Made by a program: the position numbers and the translations under genes. The notes under the pieces were generated by a model that saw only the letters and a program-made list of their open reading frames with translations, ran no database searches and was not told where the DNA came from. Shown piece by piece: positions 9,037-18,972 of a stretch of 64,000 bases of DNA (position 1 is the stretch's first letter; each line of letters opens with the position of its first letter). The DNA lies in sequence record PV029745.1. One strand, 5' to 3'.

Positions 9037-9066
9037 TTGATAGACTCCAAACAGATTACCTTGTAC

Positions 9067-11559
9067 TCACTTGATAACTACGTTCTTGTTATAAGCTTCA
9101 GGTACGGTGATATTAGTTGGGTTAATAACAACTACTTCTGCATTATTGAAAGCACCATGAGTAGACTGGAAGTGGCTGATAAAGAACACTTGTTTAAATT
9201 GACCGTTCTCGATAAGACGAGAGATAAACGGGATTAAGTTTGCGCGGTGTTGTTCATCAAACGTACGACCAAATTCATCAAGATACAATGGCATGTCTTC
9301 AAGACCGAGGAACTTCAGAATAGCCATCTTGAATGCAAAGTTAACGATTTCCAATTGACTATCGGAACCATACGAAATGTCAGGTGCCATTACTTGACCA
9401 CCTGCTACTTTGAGAGGGAAGTTGTAGTCTAACTCCTCCTTTTCAACTTTAGAAGGTAGTACTTCCATTGGGTATGTCCACACCTCGTCAATGAATGCAT
9501 TGACAATGTAAGTAACACCCTGCAAGAAGCCAAGCATATATCGACCCAACAATCCGCCGTTTGGAGATAACGATTTAATTAGAATACCAAGATCGCTATG
9601 TACTTCAGTAGCATTTGTTACTTCGTTTTCAAGCGTACGTATGGTCGTTTCACGTTGTTCCATCTGTGTGAGCTGTCGCGTTGTTTCAGCGAGTTTTACC
9701 TGGATGGTTCCTATCTCTTCGGTATAGGCTCTATCAAGCAAATACTCCGAATGACGCTCTACTTTATCTTTCCACATTTCATAACGGTCCAGGACATCAT
9801 GGATACGTTTATTGTTACGTAGAATAGATTGTTCACCAGACCGTAGATCTTGCATGTACTGATTGATATCTGAAGCTTTAACATACATGATGTTAATTTC
9901 AGTTTCCAATTCTTCGGCTCGGCGTTTCATATAACCGATTGCATCTTGGTCTATCTCAGCGATAACTTTAAGACGTTTCTCGATATTAGTAGCAAGCTCT
10001 AGTTCAGTACGGGATTTGACATAACTCCGCATGGCTGTATGCCATTGCAAAGCATCAGTCTTATGCAATGCAGGTGTCCGATACATTGTCATGTTAGTTG
10101 CACAATAATCCCACAGTTCATTAAACTCTGGGTAGTCTTTTGTCAAAGACATGTACTGGAAAACATAACTTGAATAGTCCTGGAATTTCTCAAGATATTC
10201 TTCGTTCTCTTTTTGTTCTGCTTCGATACGATCGATAGCTTCGTGGAGTTTAACTTTAGAAGCTTCAAGCATATCCGTTTCAGATGGATCTACACCAGGT
10301 TTAAATTCATGGGTACAAGATGGACATACCACAGATTCACAACCTTTCAAACGCGACAACCTGGCATTAGCCTGCTCGATTTTATCTGAGACTTGTGCGT
10401 AAATATTCCTAAGCTCTTTCTGACGGTTCTGTCGTTTGGTTGCTTCTTCCCGATTCATCCAACCGTCACCGTTATCAGGGAAACTAGTTAACAGATCAAA
10501 CCATCGGTCGAACATTCCATCCAACTTACAAATAGGATCAGCACCGGCAGTATTAAACTTAATAATTGGAAATTGACCAGTATAAGTTTTCATCGAGTTA
10601 ATACACGATTCAACATTCGCCAGATTCGCAGCATGTTGTTGTTTCAATGCATTAACATCATCTTCCGATATTTCAATCGCCGATGGAGAATTAGTACGAA
10701 GCTTTTCTAGTTCTTCTGCAAGACGATTAATCACTGCATTGATCGAAGAGTATTGCTCCGATACCCGATTGAATTCTGCCTGGAATTCTCCATGGTTAGC
10801 TACACGAATAGCGGCCGGTAACATTGGATAATCACGTAGGCAAGCGCGTGCATCATTCAGAATAGATTCGAGTTCGTTTTCAGCTTGTTGCACATTCTGG
10901 AAAGCAGGTCGAACATCATTTTGCTTTTCTTGGAAGAGTTTATTCAAACGCTTAGTAAGACGAGAGGTCTCTTCGCGCATCAGTGTCATTTCACTATCAC
11001 TAAAGATATCATGATTTTCAGTGACTAGGCGTTTTGTGATTAGATCGATGACACCTTTCTGACTGCGATGTTCCTGTTTAATGTCTCTGTATACATCTAA
11101 CGCATAAGTCAAATCAACAGTTGACATCCGCGTAAGAATCTCGCGGCGCTTTGCTGTAGACATAGCGGTAAATTTAACTCGACCAGTTGCAATCTCATGG
11201 ATTTCACGCGTAAGTCCAAACTCTTGTAGACAGAGTTCTTCTTGGATTTTATATGTACCGCCGCTATTCAACTCTTCATTATCCCGTTTGAAAGAGTGAC
11301 GACCAGTACCATGACCATATACCGAATGAAGTACATAAAGGCTTCCATTATGGTAGCAATGGAATTCTTTAAAACCATCTTTATCAAAGTTTGTATGTCG
11401 AGATGGCAATGGAGTTAGTTCATCCATAACTGACGATTTACCCGAACCATTAGAACCGAGTATAATCATCATGTTCTTAGTGGGGGTCCATTCGAAGAAT
11501 TGGATATTTGCCGTCATAAGTCGTTTGAATTTTTTCAAACGCAGTAGAGTGATTTGCAT
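9067..11559 (-). CDS. sbcC: SbcC/Rad50-like SMC-family ATPase (phiKZ gp165-like)
   Basis: Walker A GSNGSGKS, long coiled coil with CPSC zinc hook, signature-like SYGSDSQ, Walker B LYLDE, H-loop FISH. Confidence 0.9.
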   Translation of the reverse strand: MQITLLRLKKFKRLMTANIQFFEWTPTKNMMIILGSNGSGKSSVMDELTPLPSRHTNFDKDGFKEFHCYHNGSLYVLHSVYGHGTGRHSFKRDNEELNSGGTYKIQEELCLQEFGLTREIHEIATGRVKFTAMSTAKRREILTRMSTVDLTYALDVYRDIKQEHRSQKGVIDLITKRLVTENHDIFSDSEMTLMREETSRLTKRLNKLFQEKQNDVRPAFQNVQQAENELESILNDARACLRDYPMLPAAIRVANHGEFQAEFNRVSEQYSSINAVINRLAEELEKLRTNSPSAIEISEDDVNALKQQHAANLANVESCINSMKTYTGQFPIIKFNTAGADPICKLDGMFDRWFDLLTSFPDNGDGWMNREEATKRQNRQKELRNIYAQVSDKIEQANARLSRLKGCESVVCPSCTHEFKPGVDPSETDMLEASKVKLHEAIDRIEAEQKENEEYLEKFQDYSSYVFQYMSLTKDYPEFNELWDYCATNMTMYRTPALHKTDALQWHTAMRSYVKSRTELELATNIEKRLKVIAEIDQDAIGYMKRRAEELETEINIMYVKASDINQYMQDLRSGEQSILRNNKRIHDVLDRYEMWKDKVERHSEYLLDRAYTEEIGTIQVKLAETTRQLTQMEQRETTIRTLENEVTNATEVHSDLGILIKSLSPNGGLLGRYMLGFLQGVTYIVNAFIDEVWTYPMEVLPSKVEKEELDYNFPLKVAGGQVMAPDISYGSDSQLEIVNFAFKMAILKFLGLEDMPLYLDEFGRTFDEQHRANLIPFISRLIENGQFKQVFFISHFQSTHGAFNNAEVVVINPTNITVPEAYNKNVVIK

Positions 11560-11627
11560 TGGTAAGCCCTTAAAATCGTACGTTACCCTATAGAACTAAG
11601 GTTACCAGTAATTATTCAGAGGAACAT

Positions 11628-12437
11628 ATGGAAGCTTCAATTTTCAAATTAGTAAGTATTGGTAGAGTAGCTGCAAACAAAGAACGTTCTTCAAGGCATG
11701 TGGACGTTTTACCTGTAGAGCTTGCCACTGGTACTGATGGTGAAGTAACGTTTGACCCATTGCAGGAAACACTACAAGGTTTCGATGCCGAGGGTAATCA
11801 GTATAATGTTAAAGCTACTACAACTAGAACGACTAACTGTGAATGGCTACCGAACGAAGACAACCGTGTTACTCCACCAGATGTACGTCGTAACGAGATC
11901 GTAGAGATTTGGCGAATGGGAGACACCGATCAGTACTATTGGCGGTGTATGGGCCTTCGTAACAATCTCCGTACATTAGAATCCGTTGTATTTGCATGGA
12001 ATGCTTCGCCCAAACCTGGTGGTGGTGGTATCGATTTTAGCACGTGTTATTTCATGGCTATATCAGCACATGACAAACACTGGACAATCGGTACATCTAA
12101 AGCAAATGGAGAACCTTTCGCATACACATTCCAAATCAATACTGATTATGGCGCAGTCTATATTAAAGACGATGTTGGTCAGCTTATAGAACTTGATTCA
12201 ACTGAACGACGTGTACAATTAATAAACTCGGACAACTCTTTTGTTAAGGTAGAACGGCAATGGATCGAAATGTCTGCGGATGATCATATCAAAATGACCG
12301 TGGGTGGAACAACTCTTGAGCTGCGACCAGATTCGATTAACAGTAATACGTCTAATACTACACTAACGAGTAGTGGGACACATACAACTGTGGCGGGTCA
12401 CATTATCGAACAAACTGGAAGATGGGATATTGTCTAA
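11628..12437 (+). CDS. Baseplate central spike (gp5/gpV-like; phiKZ gp164-like)
   Basis: N-terminal OB-fold-like region ([16 protein letters not shown]), C-terminal beta-helix-like repeats, TAATG overlap with a PAAR gene. Confidence 0.8.
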   Translation: MEASIFKLVSIGRVAANKERSSRHVDVLPVELATGTDGEVTFDPLQETLQGFDAEGNQYNVKATTTRTTNCEWLPNEDNRVTPPDVRRNEIVEIWRMGDTDQYYWRCMGLRNNLRTLESVVFAWNASPKPGGGGIDFSTCYFMAISAHDKHWTIGTSKANGEPFAYTFQINTDYGAVYIKDDVGQLIELDSTERRVQLINSDNSFVKVERQWIEMSADDHIKMTVGGTTLELRPDSINSNTSNTTLTSSGTHTTVAGHIIEQTGRWDIV

Positions 12438-12703
12438 TGCCTGGTATAGCTGTTTGTAATATAGATTCTGCTGGTGGAACAATAAGACCAAGTGGTAATT
12501 CAACTGGCTTCTATAAAGGTAATCCAATTGCTGTATTAGGTGATCCCGTAGATGGTCATGGGCGATCCCCACATAACAGCGCAAACATGGTACAAGCTTC
12601 AACGAAAGCTTTTATTAAAGGCGTGCCAATTGTTCTGCAAGGAATGTCCGCTAGCTGTGGTCATACTGCAACCGGTAGACCCGATGCGACTAGTAGCGGT
12701 TGA
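12437..12703 (+). CDS. PAAR-like spike tip protein
   Basis: MPGIAVC...[17 protein letters not shown]...VFIKG-like [19 protein letters not shown] with Cys/His metal ligands. Confidence 0.9.
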   Translation: MPGIAVCNIDSAGGTIRPSGNSTGFYKGNPIAVLGDPVDGHGRSPHNSANMVQASTKAFIKGVPIVLQGMSASCGHTATGRPDATSSG

Positions 12704-12706
12704 CAA

Positions 12707-12740
12707 CATAAAGCCCCTACCGAATGGTAGGGGCGATATG
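12707..12740. terminator. Bidirectional hairpin terminator, CATA..TATG family
   Basis: cataaa-gcccctacc-gaat-ggtaggggc-gatatg between convergent genes. Confidence 0.85.
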
Positions 12741-12743
12741 CCG

Positions 12744-13928
12744 TTATACGCCTTCAGCTTCGTAATGCTTGATGCAATGACTAATGAAAGTCAAATACAC
12801 ATTAAGCGATACAGCCAGCCAGTGAGTATAGAAACCCATTGGTTCAGCTAACTTCTTCGAAATCTCGCCGATAATAGAGAGAACAGAATTATAGGATTTA
12901 CCTGCCTCTTCACCCGCTTCAGCGATCTGTCGAATAGCGTCGTCTACAACTACTTTGACCGTGGAGAAGTCCCGCTGACCCGTTTCAGCTTTCTCTGCTA
13001 GAGAAAGGATGCTGGAGATCAACTGAGTGATCTCACTAAGAGTACGGACAGAAGGTACATCAATCTCACGTTCAGAACGGTCAGCTACATTTAGCTGTAG
13101 CTCAGCGAACTGCATTGTAAACGAACGTCTTACAACATCCTCATTAGCGACTTTACTATTATTCAACATCTGACTGATAACGTCAGGTGGTGTATAGATG
13201 AACGCTACGTTGCCAGGTAGGACAACCGAACGATGGACACCTTTTTCCGCAGTAGTCAGTTCTCTCTGTTGGAGAGGGGCATGACCAGGCGGAGGGGTAA
13301 AATCACGTTGGAGGATATTTGCAAATGCTTCTACAACCTCACCAGCTACTTCATTAGAGCTAGCATCCTTAGATTTATCCAAGATATTCAGGAACTGTCG
13401 AGAACTGTTCCGTGCAATCTTTGCAACCGATTTAGGATAATGGTTGAGAATGTAGTTGGTTAGATCTTTGATGTCGTTCAAGTGGTTAAGGTCTAACCCC
13501 ACGAAGTTACCATCAATAGATAGACGTTGTACACCAGCTACAGACATTTTCTGGTAAGTAGTTGCCGAGCCTAGTTTACCTAAGCGTCGACTAATGCTTT
13601 CTTGTGTGCGACGAACACGACGAATGCTACCGGTGAATTTGACGTAGAAAGAGTTAAGCAATTCCCAGATGTAGCGGACAATATCGCGGGTGGCTTTCGC
13701 CGCCGCGATAATGCCTTCTTTGATTGCTCTCAGAGTAATTTTAGAACCTTCTTTGATATCAAAGTCAGGGTCAATACTCTCAAGGGCTACCGAGATAACA
13801 TCAGCAGTAGCCCCTGTTACAACGTCACGTCCAGCTAGCAGATCGCGGTAGCGCTCTAGAGAAGAACCAAGACGCTGAATCTTACTCAGGTCTTCAGATA
13901 CTTCATTCCATTGTGCCAGATAGGACAT
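12744..13928 (-). CDS. phiKZ-like internal head protein (gp162/gp163 family); start moved to MSYLAQ
   Basis: Paralogue of the adjacent gene (GVQRLSIDG vs GLQRLSIG; VLPGNVAF vs VLPGNRAM); VALES processing-type site. Confidence 0.8.
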   Translation of the reverse strand: MSYLAQWNEVSEDLSKIQRLGSSLERYRDLLAGRDVVTGATADVISVALESIDPDFDIKEGSKITLRAIKEGIIAAAKATRDIVRYIWELLNSFYVKFTGSIRRVRRTQESISRRLGKLGSATTYQKMSVAGVQRLSIDGNFVGLDLNHLNDIKDLTNYILNHYPKSVAKIARNSSRQFLNILDKSKDASSNEVAGEVVEAFANILQRDFTPPPGHAPLQQRELTTAEKGVHRSVVLPGNVAFIYTPPDVISQMLNNSKVANEDVVRRSFTMQFAELQLNVADRSEREIDVPSVRTLSEITQLISSILSLAEKAETGQRDFSTVKVVVDDAIRQIAEAGEEAGKSYNSVLSIIGEISKKLAEPMGFYTHWLAVSLNVYLTFISHCIKHYEAEGV

Positions 13929-13938
13929 GCTTTCACCC

Positions 13939-15699
13939 TTAGGCTTTCTCGCCTTCGATAACATCACCATGTTCAGCTTTCAGCATGGCTTCAATAACAG
14001 CGATCTCAGCTTTAACCAGGTTCAGGCAATAACCTGTAAACAGATGGTTAGCATTAGCAGTTTGACGAGCCAGAGTAATGGCGAGCAGACTGGAAATAGC
14101 CGAGTTCTCATCACCGGTCATCAGTGCACCAAACAGGAAGCTAGATCCTTTCTGGTTAACCCGTTGGGCGAGTTCATTCAGCTTGCTACGACCTTCAACA
14201 GCTGCTTCAACTTTATTGATCAGTTGCTCGGTAGCGCGAATAACAGAAACTGCTTCACCAGCAGACATCGTTTTGATGGTATCGGCACCACCATAGCTAT
14301 CGCCGCCCGGAATAACCGAGAAGTTGATATTAATAGCGTTGTTGAAGTTGAAAGTCTTATCGGCTGCGTAATCGGTGTTCACACCAACGAACATTGCACG
14401 GTTACCCGGAAGAACTTCGGACATATGAACCGAGGTGCTATTCAACATACCACTCGGAACTTTATCTTTCTCGTTGGAATTAACGTTCTTGAATCCACGG
14501 AAGGAGTTAGACAGAATGTCATCGATCGCATCGAGCATTTCAGGAGCGAGACCGCTTTGAACGCCGAAGTAGTAAGTAGATTTATCATCAAACTTCTTCA
14601 GAATTTCAGCAAGTTTGCTCGGCCAGTTGATGAGAACGATATCAGCGGTATTCTCAACACGCTTAATAGCTTCAGGACTATCGCCAACGAATTCTTTACC
14701 AATGGACAGACGTTGCAGACCACCAATCTTAATCTGCTTACCACCATCAAGAGTACCTACTTTACTACGGAGAGTACGCAGACGTTCTTTCAGTTTGGTA
14801 GCATCTTGAGTAAAGGAGCGCCAGAAGTCCATCAATGCGTTGAAGATACGCATCAGAACATTACGGGCTGCTTCCAGCAAAGACTTCATCTTAGCAGTGA
14901 GTTTGCTTTCAGTAGCATCGCGAGCAGAAGTATGCTTATCGCTGTCGTCAAGTTCTTCAACGGATACCACGGTATCAGAGAAGAAATCAGGATCAATCAT
15001 TTCCAGACCGACACGCATCGACTCAGCCAGCTCGTTAGTAACTTCATAGCCGTTTTCACGCATGCCACGCAGGATACCAAGATAACGCTCAACGGAAGCT
15101 TTGGCGTTTTCAATGTCGCCCATATCCGAAGCAATCTCGTTTACAACGGCACCTTTGGCATCAGTAGCAGATGTAAGGCCATCGGCAGTAAGAGCTTCAA
15201 CAGCTTCATCGATGTCCTGCACCATGTCGTCAGCTTCGCCAACGGATTCAGTTTCACCAGATTCGATGGTATCGAGACCATCAGTGTGTTCTTCTACAGA
15301 AGTAGTGGTAGCGACGTTATCATCGTCAGCCGATACTTCGTCATGTGCAGAACCAACATCCCCAAGACCAGTTTGGTCAACGGCGGTTACGTGATTCTCA
15401 ACGGTGTCCGAAGTATGAACATTGGTCACATCTACAGTTTCGGCAGTACCATCGCCACCACCTTCAGTGGGACCTGGTTCACTAGTCTGTGTGTTAGTGA
15501 CCGAAGCATCAACATCATCAGCATCAGGCTTTTCGCCCTCATCACTCTTCAGTTGAGGTTCGAGATCTTTCTTGCCTTCCAGATCCACGTTCTGATCGGA
15601 GGCTTCAGTGACAGTACCAGCAGCTTTGTTCTCTACTTCTTCAGTAATGGATTCGTTAGAGATGCTACGGCACAGATCGAAAAGGTTAGCGCGGGCCAT
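13939..15699 (-). CDS. phiKZ-like internal head protein with a long acidic propeptide
   Basis: Acidic ~200 aa N-terminus, VGLE and ATES S/A/G-x-E motifs, conserved family core. Confidence 0.8.
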   Translation of the reverse strand: MARANLFDLCRSISNESITEEVENKAAGTVTEASDQNVDLEGKKDLEPQLKSDEGEKPDADDVDASVTNTQTSEPGPTEGGGDGTAETVDVTNVHTSDTVENHVTAVDQTGLGDVGSAHDEVSADDDNVATTTSVEEHTDGLDTIESGETESVGEADDMVQDIDEAVEALTADGLTSATDAKGAVVNEIASDMGDIENAKASVERYLGILRGMRENGYEVTNELAESMRVGLEMIDPDFFSDTVVSVEELDDSDKHTSARDATESKLTAKMKSLLEAARNVLMRIFNALMDFWRSFTQDATKLKERLRTLRSKVGTLDGGKQIKIGGLQRLSIGKEFVGDSPEAIKRVENTADIVLINWPSKLAEILKKFDDKSTYYFGVQSGLAPEMLDAIDDILSNSFRGFKNVNSNEKDKVPSGMLNSTSVHMSEVLPGNRAMFVGVNTDYAADKTFNFNNAININFSVIPGGDSYGGADTIKTMSAGEAVSVIRATEQLINKVEAAVEGRSKLNELAQRVNQKGSSFLFGALMTGDENSAISSLLAITLARQTANANHLFTGYCLNLVKAEIAVIEAMLKAEHGDVIEGEKA

Positions 15700-15752
15700 T
15701 TATATACTCCACAATTGCGGGGGATTTCGTGAGTTTAAACTACATAAGGTTG

Positions 15753-16382
15753 TTAAGGCAGCAGGTTGTTATCCTTGATGATTTTCTCAAGAATAAGGTT
15801 CTGTTGCTTTAAGATAGAGTTGGCATTTTCCAGTTCAAGTAGACGAGCATAATCCGTCGTACGATTCTTGATCTTACCTTGTCGTGCTGCCTCACGTGTT
15901 TCGTGGACGGCTGGTGTTACAGCATCTGACAACGGCATAATGCCAAAGTGGACTTCTGGATTAACACCGATCGTATCACTAACTGCATTCGCAGCAGCAT
16001 TAGCGGCTGTATCTAGAATTACGTCATCTGGCAATGCACCAAGCGACAGAGTCATGATGACTTGGTTGTATGGCTTAGAGCTAAGATCAGGATAAGATTT
16101 GATGTAGCTCGATGGTACATAAACAGGTGGGAATTTAGGTGACAGCAACGTTACGATTACATGACCTTGCTGTCGATCTGTCGCGACGCGTGCCTCGTCG
16201 ATTTTCCAAGGCTTGTAATAAAGGTCATAAACTGAACGACCATTATTTTCTACATCCTCGAAGTAGCGGATAGCACCGCATTCGTAAAGTTCAGCTGCTT
16301 CCAATACTTTATCAAACGGAGGTAGAAGAACATATAGTCCCTTTGTACCAATTGGAGGGACCATTAAATTGTTAGTGGCCAT
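15753..16382 (-). CDS. Probable virion structural protein (209 aa)
   Basis: In the structural operon; begins PPIGTKGLY and ends in a coiled coil. Confidence 0.6.
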   Translation of the reverse strand: MATNNLMVPPIGTKGLYVLLPPFDKVLEAAELYECGAIRYFEDVENNGRSVYDLYYKPWKIDEARVATDRQQGHVIVTLLSPKFPPVYVPSSYIKSYPDLSSKPYNQVIMTLSLGALPDDVILDTAANAAANAVSDTIGVNPEVHFGIMPLSDAVTPAVHETREAARQGKIKNRTTDYARLLELENANSILKQQNLILEKIIKDNNLLP

Positions 16383-16432
16383 GTATCATACTCACTATTG
16401 AATTGTCATGTAATTGGTAATGAAAGTAAAGA

Positions 16433-16454
16433 GTGGCTCGGTTAACCGAGCCAC
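16433..16454. terminator. Hairpin terminator
   Basis: gtggctcgg-ttaa-ccgagccac. Confidence 0.7.
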
Positions 16455-16458
16455 ATTC

Positions 16459-16914
16459 TTAGTATTGACGCTCTATCAGTTCTGATAATTGCCAGTAATA
16501 TTTGTTAGTCCACTTATCAATAAACAATGTCACTCTGATGGCTTCACCTGATTCAAAATAATAGGTGCCATCTGGAGTGAGACTTGGATAATTAGAACGT
16601 AGACGATGATAATCACCATTACTGTCTTCGTAGAGTACACAACCTCCACTTATGATACCTGTCGGAAAGACGATATCACATGCAGTACCAGAAACATAAT
16701 CGCTATTGTATTTTAAAACAATACCGATGTCATATTCCCTACCTTCATCTGAGGGATTACCAAGTATAAGAATAGTATCGACGTATTTAGAAACATCGAT
16801 CTTGTTAACGGCCATTGTGTAACCGTCATAACTAAACTGCTCAGGGTAATCAGTGATCAGAAGCTGGTTTGGTGATTCAACAAAGTTCCAGCAATTAATT
16901 GGATTAATGTCCAT
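16459..16914 (-). CDS. Small beta-sandwich tail/fibre-associated protein (start moved to MDINPIN)
   Basis: RBS aggtg before the ATG at 16914; C-terminal ESGEAIRVTLFIDKWTNKYYW resembles the neighbouring domains. Confidence 0.6.
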   Translation of the reverse strand: MDINPINCWNFVESPNQLLITDYPEQFSYDGYTMAVNKIDVSKYVDTILILGNPSDEGREYDIGIVLKYNSDYVSGTACDIVFPTGIISGGCVLYEDSNGDYHRLRSNYPSLTPDGTYYFESGEAIRVTLFIDKWTNKYYWQLSELIERQY

Positions 16915-16921
16915 ATAACAC

Positions 16922-17344
16922 CTACATGTTGTTGAATTCGTAATGTGGTCCACGCATGATCCATCGAATAATCGGTGTATCTTCATCAATCCAGACTACA
17001 CGTAGAATCTCAACTCCGTTACCAGGTTGTATAACTAGTTGAATACCATTCCGTTTACCAAGCCATCTCTCTGGGACGTTGAATATGATCGAACGTTCGC
17101 TATGGTTGAAAACTTTAAATCGGACACGCTGGTCAGCAGGCATATCTGGAGTATCCAGGTAGAAGATAAACGCGTCATTATAATTTCCATTAGCTTTATC
17201 TTTACCATCGAAAGTACCACCGGTTAAAATCAGTGTACTACTCAAAATATCCTTTCTATTGCTTACAGTCTCTCCACCTGCGCCGGCACCAGAAAGATCC
17301 ATGGTGATGATCTCTGGCCAACTAACACACATCGTAGCCATCAT
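16922..17344 (-). CDS. Small beta-sandwich tail/fibre-associated protein
   Basis: FKVFNHSERSIIF...IQPGNGVEILRVVWID pattern shared with the upstream gene; RBS aaggagg. Confidence 0.6.
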   Translation of the reverse strand: MMATMCVSWPEIITMDLSGAGAGGETVSNRKDILSSTLILTGGTFDGKDKANGNYNDAFIFYLDTPDMPADQRVRFKVFNHSERSIIFNVPERWLGKRNGIQLVIQPGNGVEILRVVWIDEDTPIIRWIMRGPHYEFNNM

Positions 17345-17350
17345 TCCTCC

Positions 17351-18925
17351 TTAAACAAGAGTTTCATAAGTACGACCTTGACCATTGTTGTATAGCCACG
17401 CGATCTCTTCTTTCTCTAGCGGTCGCCAGCATAATCCAACTTCATCTACAGCACCATCAAACTTGGAATCACTAAAGATTTCTCCGAACTGTAGACCATC
17501 ATAAGAACCACTACTTGGTAATGGAATTTCTTTACGTATCGGATTACCATTGTCAACATAGATCTCAAGGAATCGATCTTTTACTTGAAGAACGATGAAT
17601 TGCCATTCTCCTTTACCCATGTGTTGACCGCCAGTAGATACAGTAGTCTCTGTGTTAGCAGCATTGCGAGAGAATCCTCTCCAGCCGTTGGAACCTCTGT
17701 ACGATAAGCCGTACTTACAGCCATAGTACTCGCCAAACTTACCAAGAGTCAATACATATTCCTGACTTACGGTTGGGTTATTTACTTTAAACCAACCAAA
17801 CATTGCCGTACCGCTATTATAGCTACCGAAGTTACCTTCAGCACCGGAAGCTTTTATACCACTTAGTGCTTGGCCAACTTTACCAGGTATCGTACTTTCA
17901 GAGTTAAATCCGAAGTTATGACCGCCGTGTGAGTCTGTGGCAATCCCTTCCATGGCATACCAACTAATCAAGTCATCCATGATAGAACTACCTACAGTTT
18001 TACCTTGAACAATATCCCCAGAAATTGCCCAAATCCATTGATTGGTATTATTATCCCAACCGATGGCAGTACCACGAATAGTCCCACCCTGTTTAACTGC
18101 GATTACATTCCACGCAGGCAAGAGGAATTTATTATGACTAAGTCCCTCTGGATCAAATGTGATCTCATGTCCGGAGTTATTGATAATAATCCATTCATGT
18201 CCAGGTACAAGTGTAGCTGGATCATTTTCATGGTAGGTAGGCCAGTTCAGTGTAGGTACCTTCTCACCCTCAGGAATTGGTTCGAGTACATAAACACGGT
18301 TACCATTCTGTTGTACACTAAGAGATACATAGTAACCTGGGTTACCAAATGTACCAGTAATGTAATTAGAGATCGAACCTTCGAAGATATGTTCATAGAA
18401 CCCATCTGTAGGTTCAGGCTCTGGACCAGGACCATCTCCACCTGAATGTAACCAAAGAACTAGTTCGCCGGTAAAATACAGTGAGTTGTAAATAGACTTT
18501 AATAACCAGTTAGGTCCGACTTGTCCACCGGTATAATCGATAGAAGTATCGTTAACCCAAATATCTGATTTTGTTAAATTCAATGTCGATTTACGAGCCA
18601 CTTCACCAAGGACTTCAGTAGAGTTCTCCATCTGTTGGAGTTCTTCAACTTCAGAAGCCGTCCAGTATGGATTTTCAATAAAATCGTTTAGGTTAAAACG
18701 ATCGTAATAAAAATCGTAAATAGTGTCATAAGAAGTTCCCTTCTGAATAAACACTACTGTCTGGTTGGGTCTTTCTTTAGTTGCTGCTGGTTGTACTCTA
18801 ATAACCCGAGAGTTTGCTTGGGTCAGACCTAGGCTGGAATATTTAGCGTTAATCGCTTTATAAAGTCCAACTAATGGACTAGCACCGATAGGGTTATCGG
18901 CAAGTGAAATAGAAATTTGACGCAT
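17351..18925 (-). CDS. Virion/tail protein: phiKZ-type N-terminal adaptor, Pro/Glu linker, C-terminal LamG/ConA-like lectin domain
   Basis: FYYDRFNL adaptor motif; GPGPEPEP linker; KGEWQFIVL...IYVD...FDGAVDEVGLCWRPLEKEEIAWLYNNG is a LamG-like signature. Confidence 0.75.
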   Translation of the reverse strand: MRQISISLADNPIGASPLVGLYKAINAKYSSLGLTQANSRVIRVQPAATKERPNQTVVFIQKGTSYDTIYDFYYDRFNLNDFIENPYWTASEVEELQQMENSTEVLGEVARKSTLNLTKSDIWVNDTSIDYTGGQVGPNWLLKSIYNSLYFTGELVLWLHSGGDGPGPEPEPTDGFYEHIFEGSISNYITGTFGNPGYYVSLSVQQNGNRVYVLEPIPEGEKVPTLNWPTYHENDPATLVPGHEWIIINNSGHEITFDPEGLSHNKFLLPAWNVIAVKQGGTIRGTAIGWDNNTNQWIWAISGDIVQGKTVGSSIMDDLISWYAMEGIATDSHGGHNFGFNSESTIPGKVGQALSGIKASGAEGNFGSYNSGTAMFGWFKVNNPTVSQEYVLTLGKFGEYYGCKYGLSYRGSNGWRGFSRNAANTETTVSTGGQHMGKGEWQFIVLQVKDRFLEIYVDNGNPIRKEIPLPSSGSYDGLQFGEIFSDSKFDGAVDEVGLCWRPLEKEEIAWLYNNGQGRTYETLV

Positions 18926-18943
18926 GTGTATCCCCTAATAAAA

Positions 18944-18963
18944 GGAGAGGGTTTCCCCTCTCC
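18944..18963 (-). terminator. Hairpin terminator
   Basis: Minus strand GGAGAGGG-GAAA-CCCUCUCC followed by UUUUAUU. Confidence 0.8.
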
Positions 18964-18972
18964 CTTATGTTT

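Noticed and set aside
12456-12463. Exact TATATTAC on the minus strand inside the PAAR gene
   Set aside because: It lies in coding sequence, lacks the AT-rich upstream tract and paired terminator of the other four, and is about 900 nt from the next minus-strand start; likely chance.
13927-15732. 601-aa antisense ORF over the internal head protein
   Set aside because: It is a codon-aligned shadow of a highly expressed gene that avoids TTA/CTA/TCA; it has no RBS or protein-like motifs.
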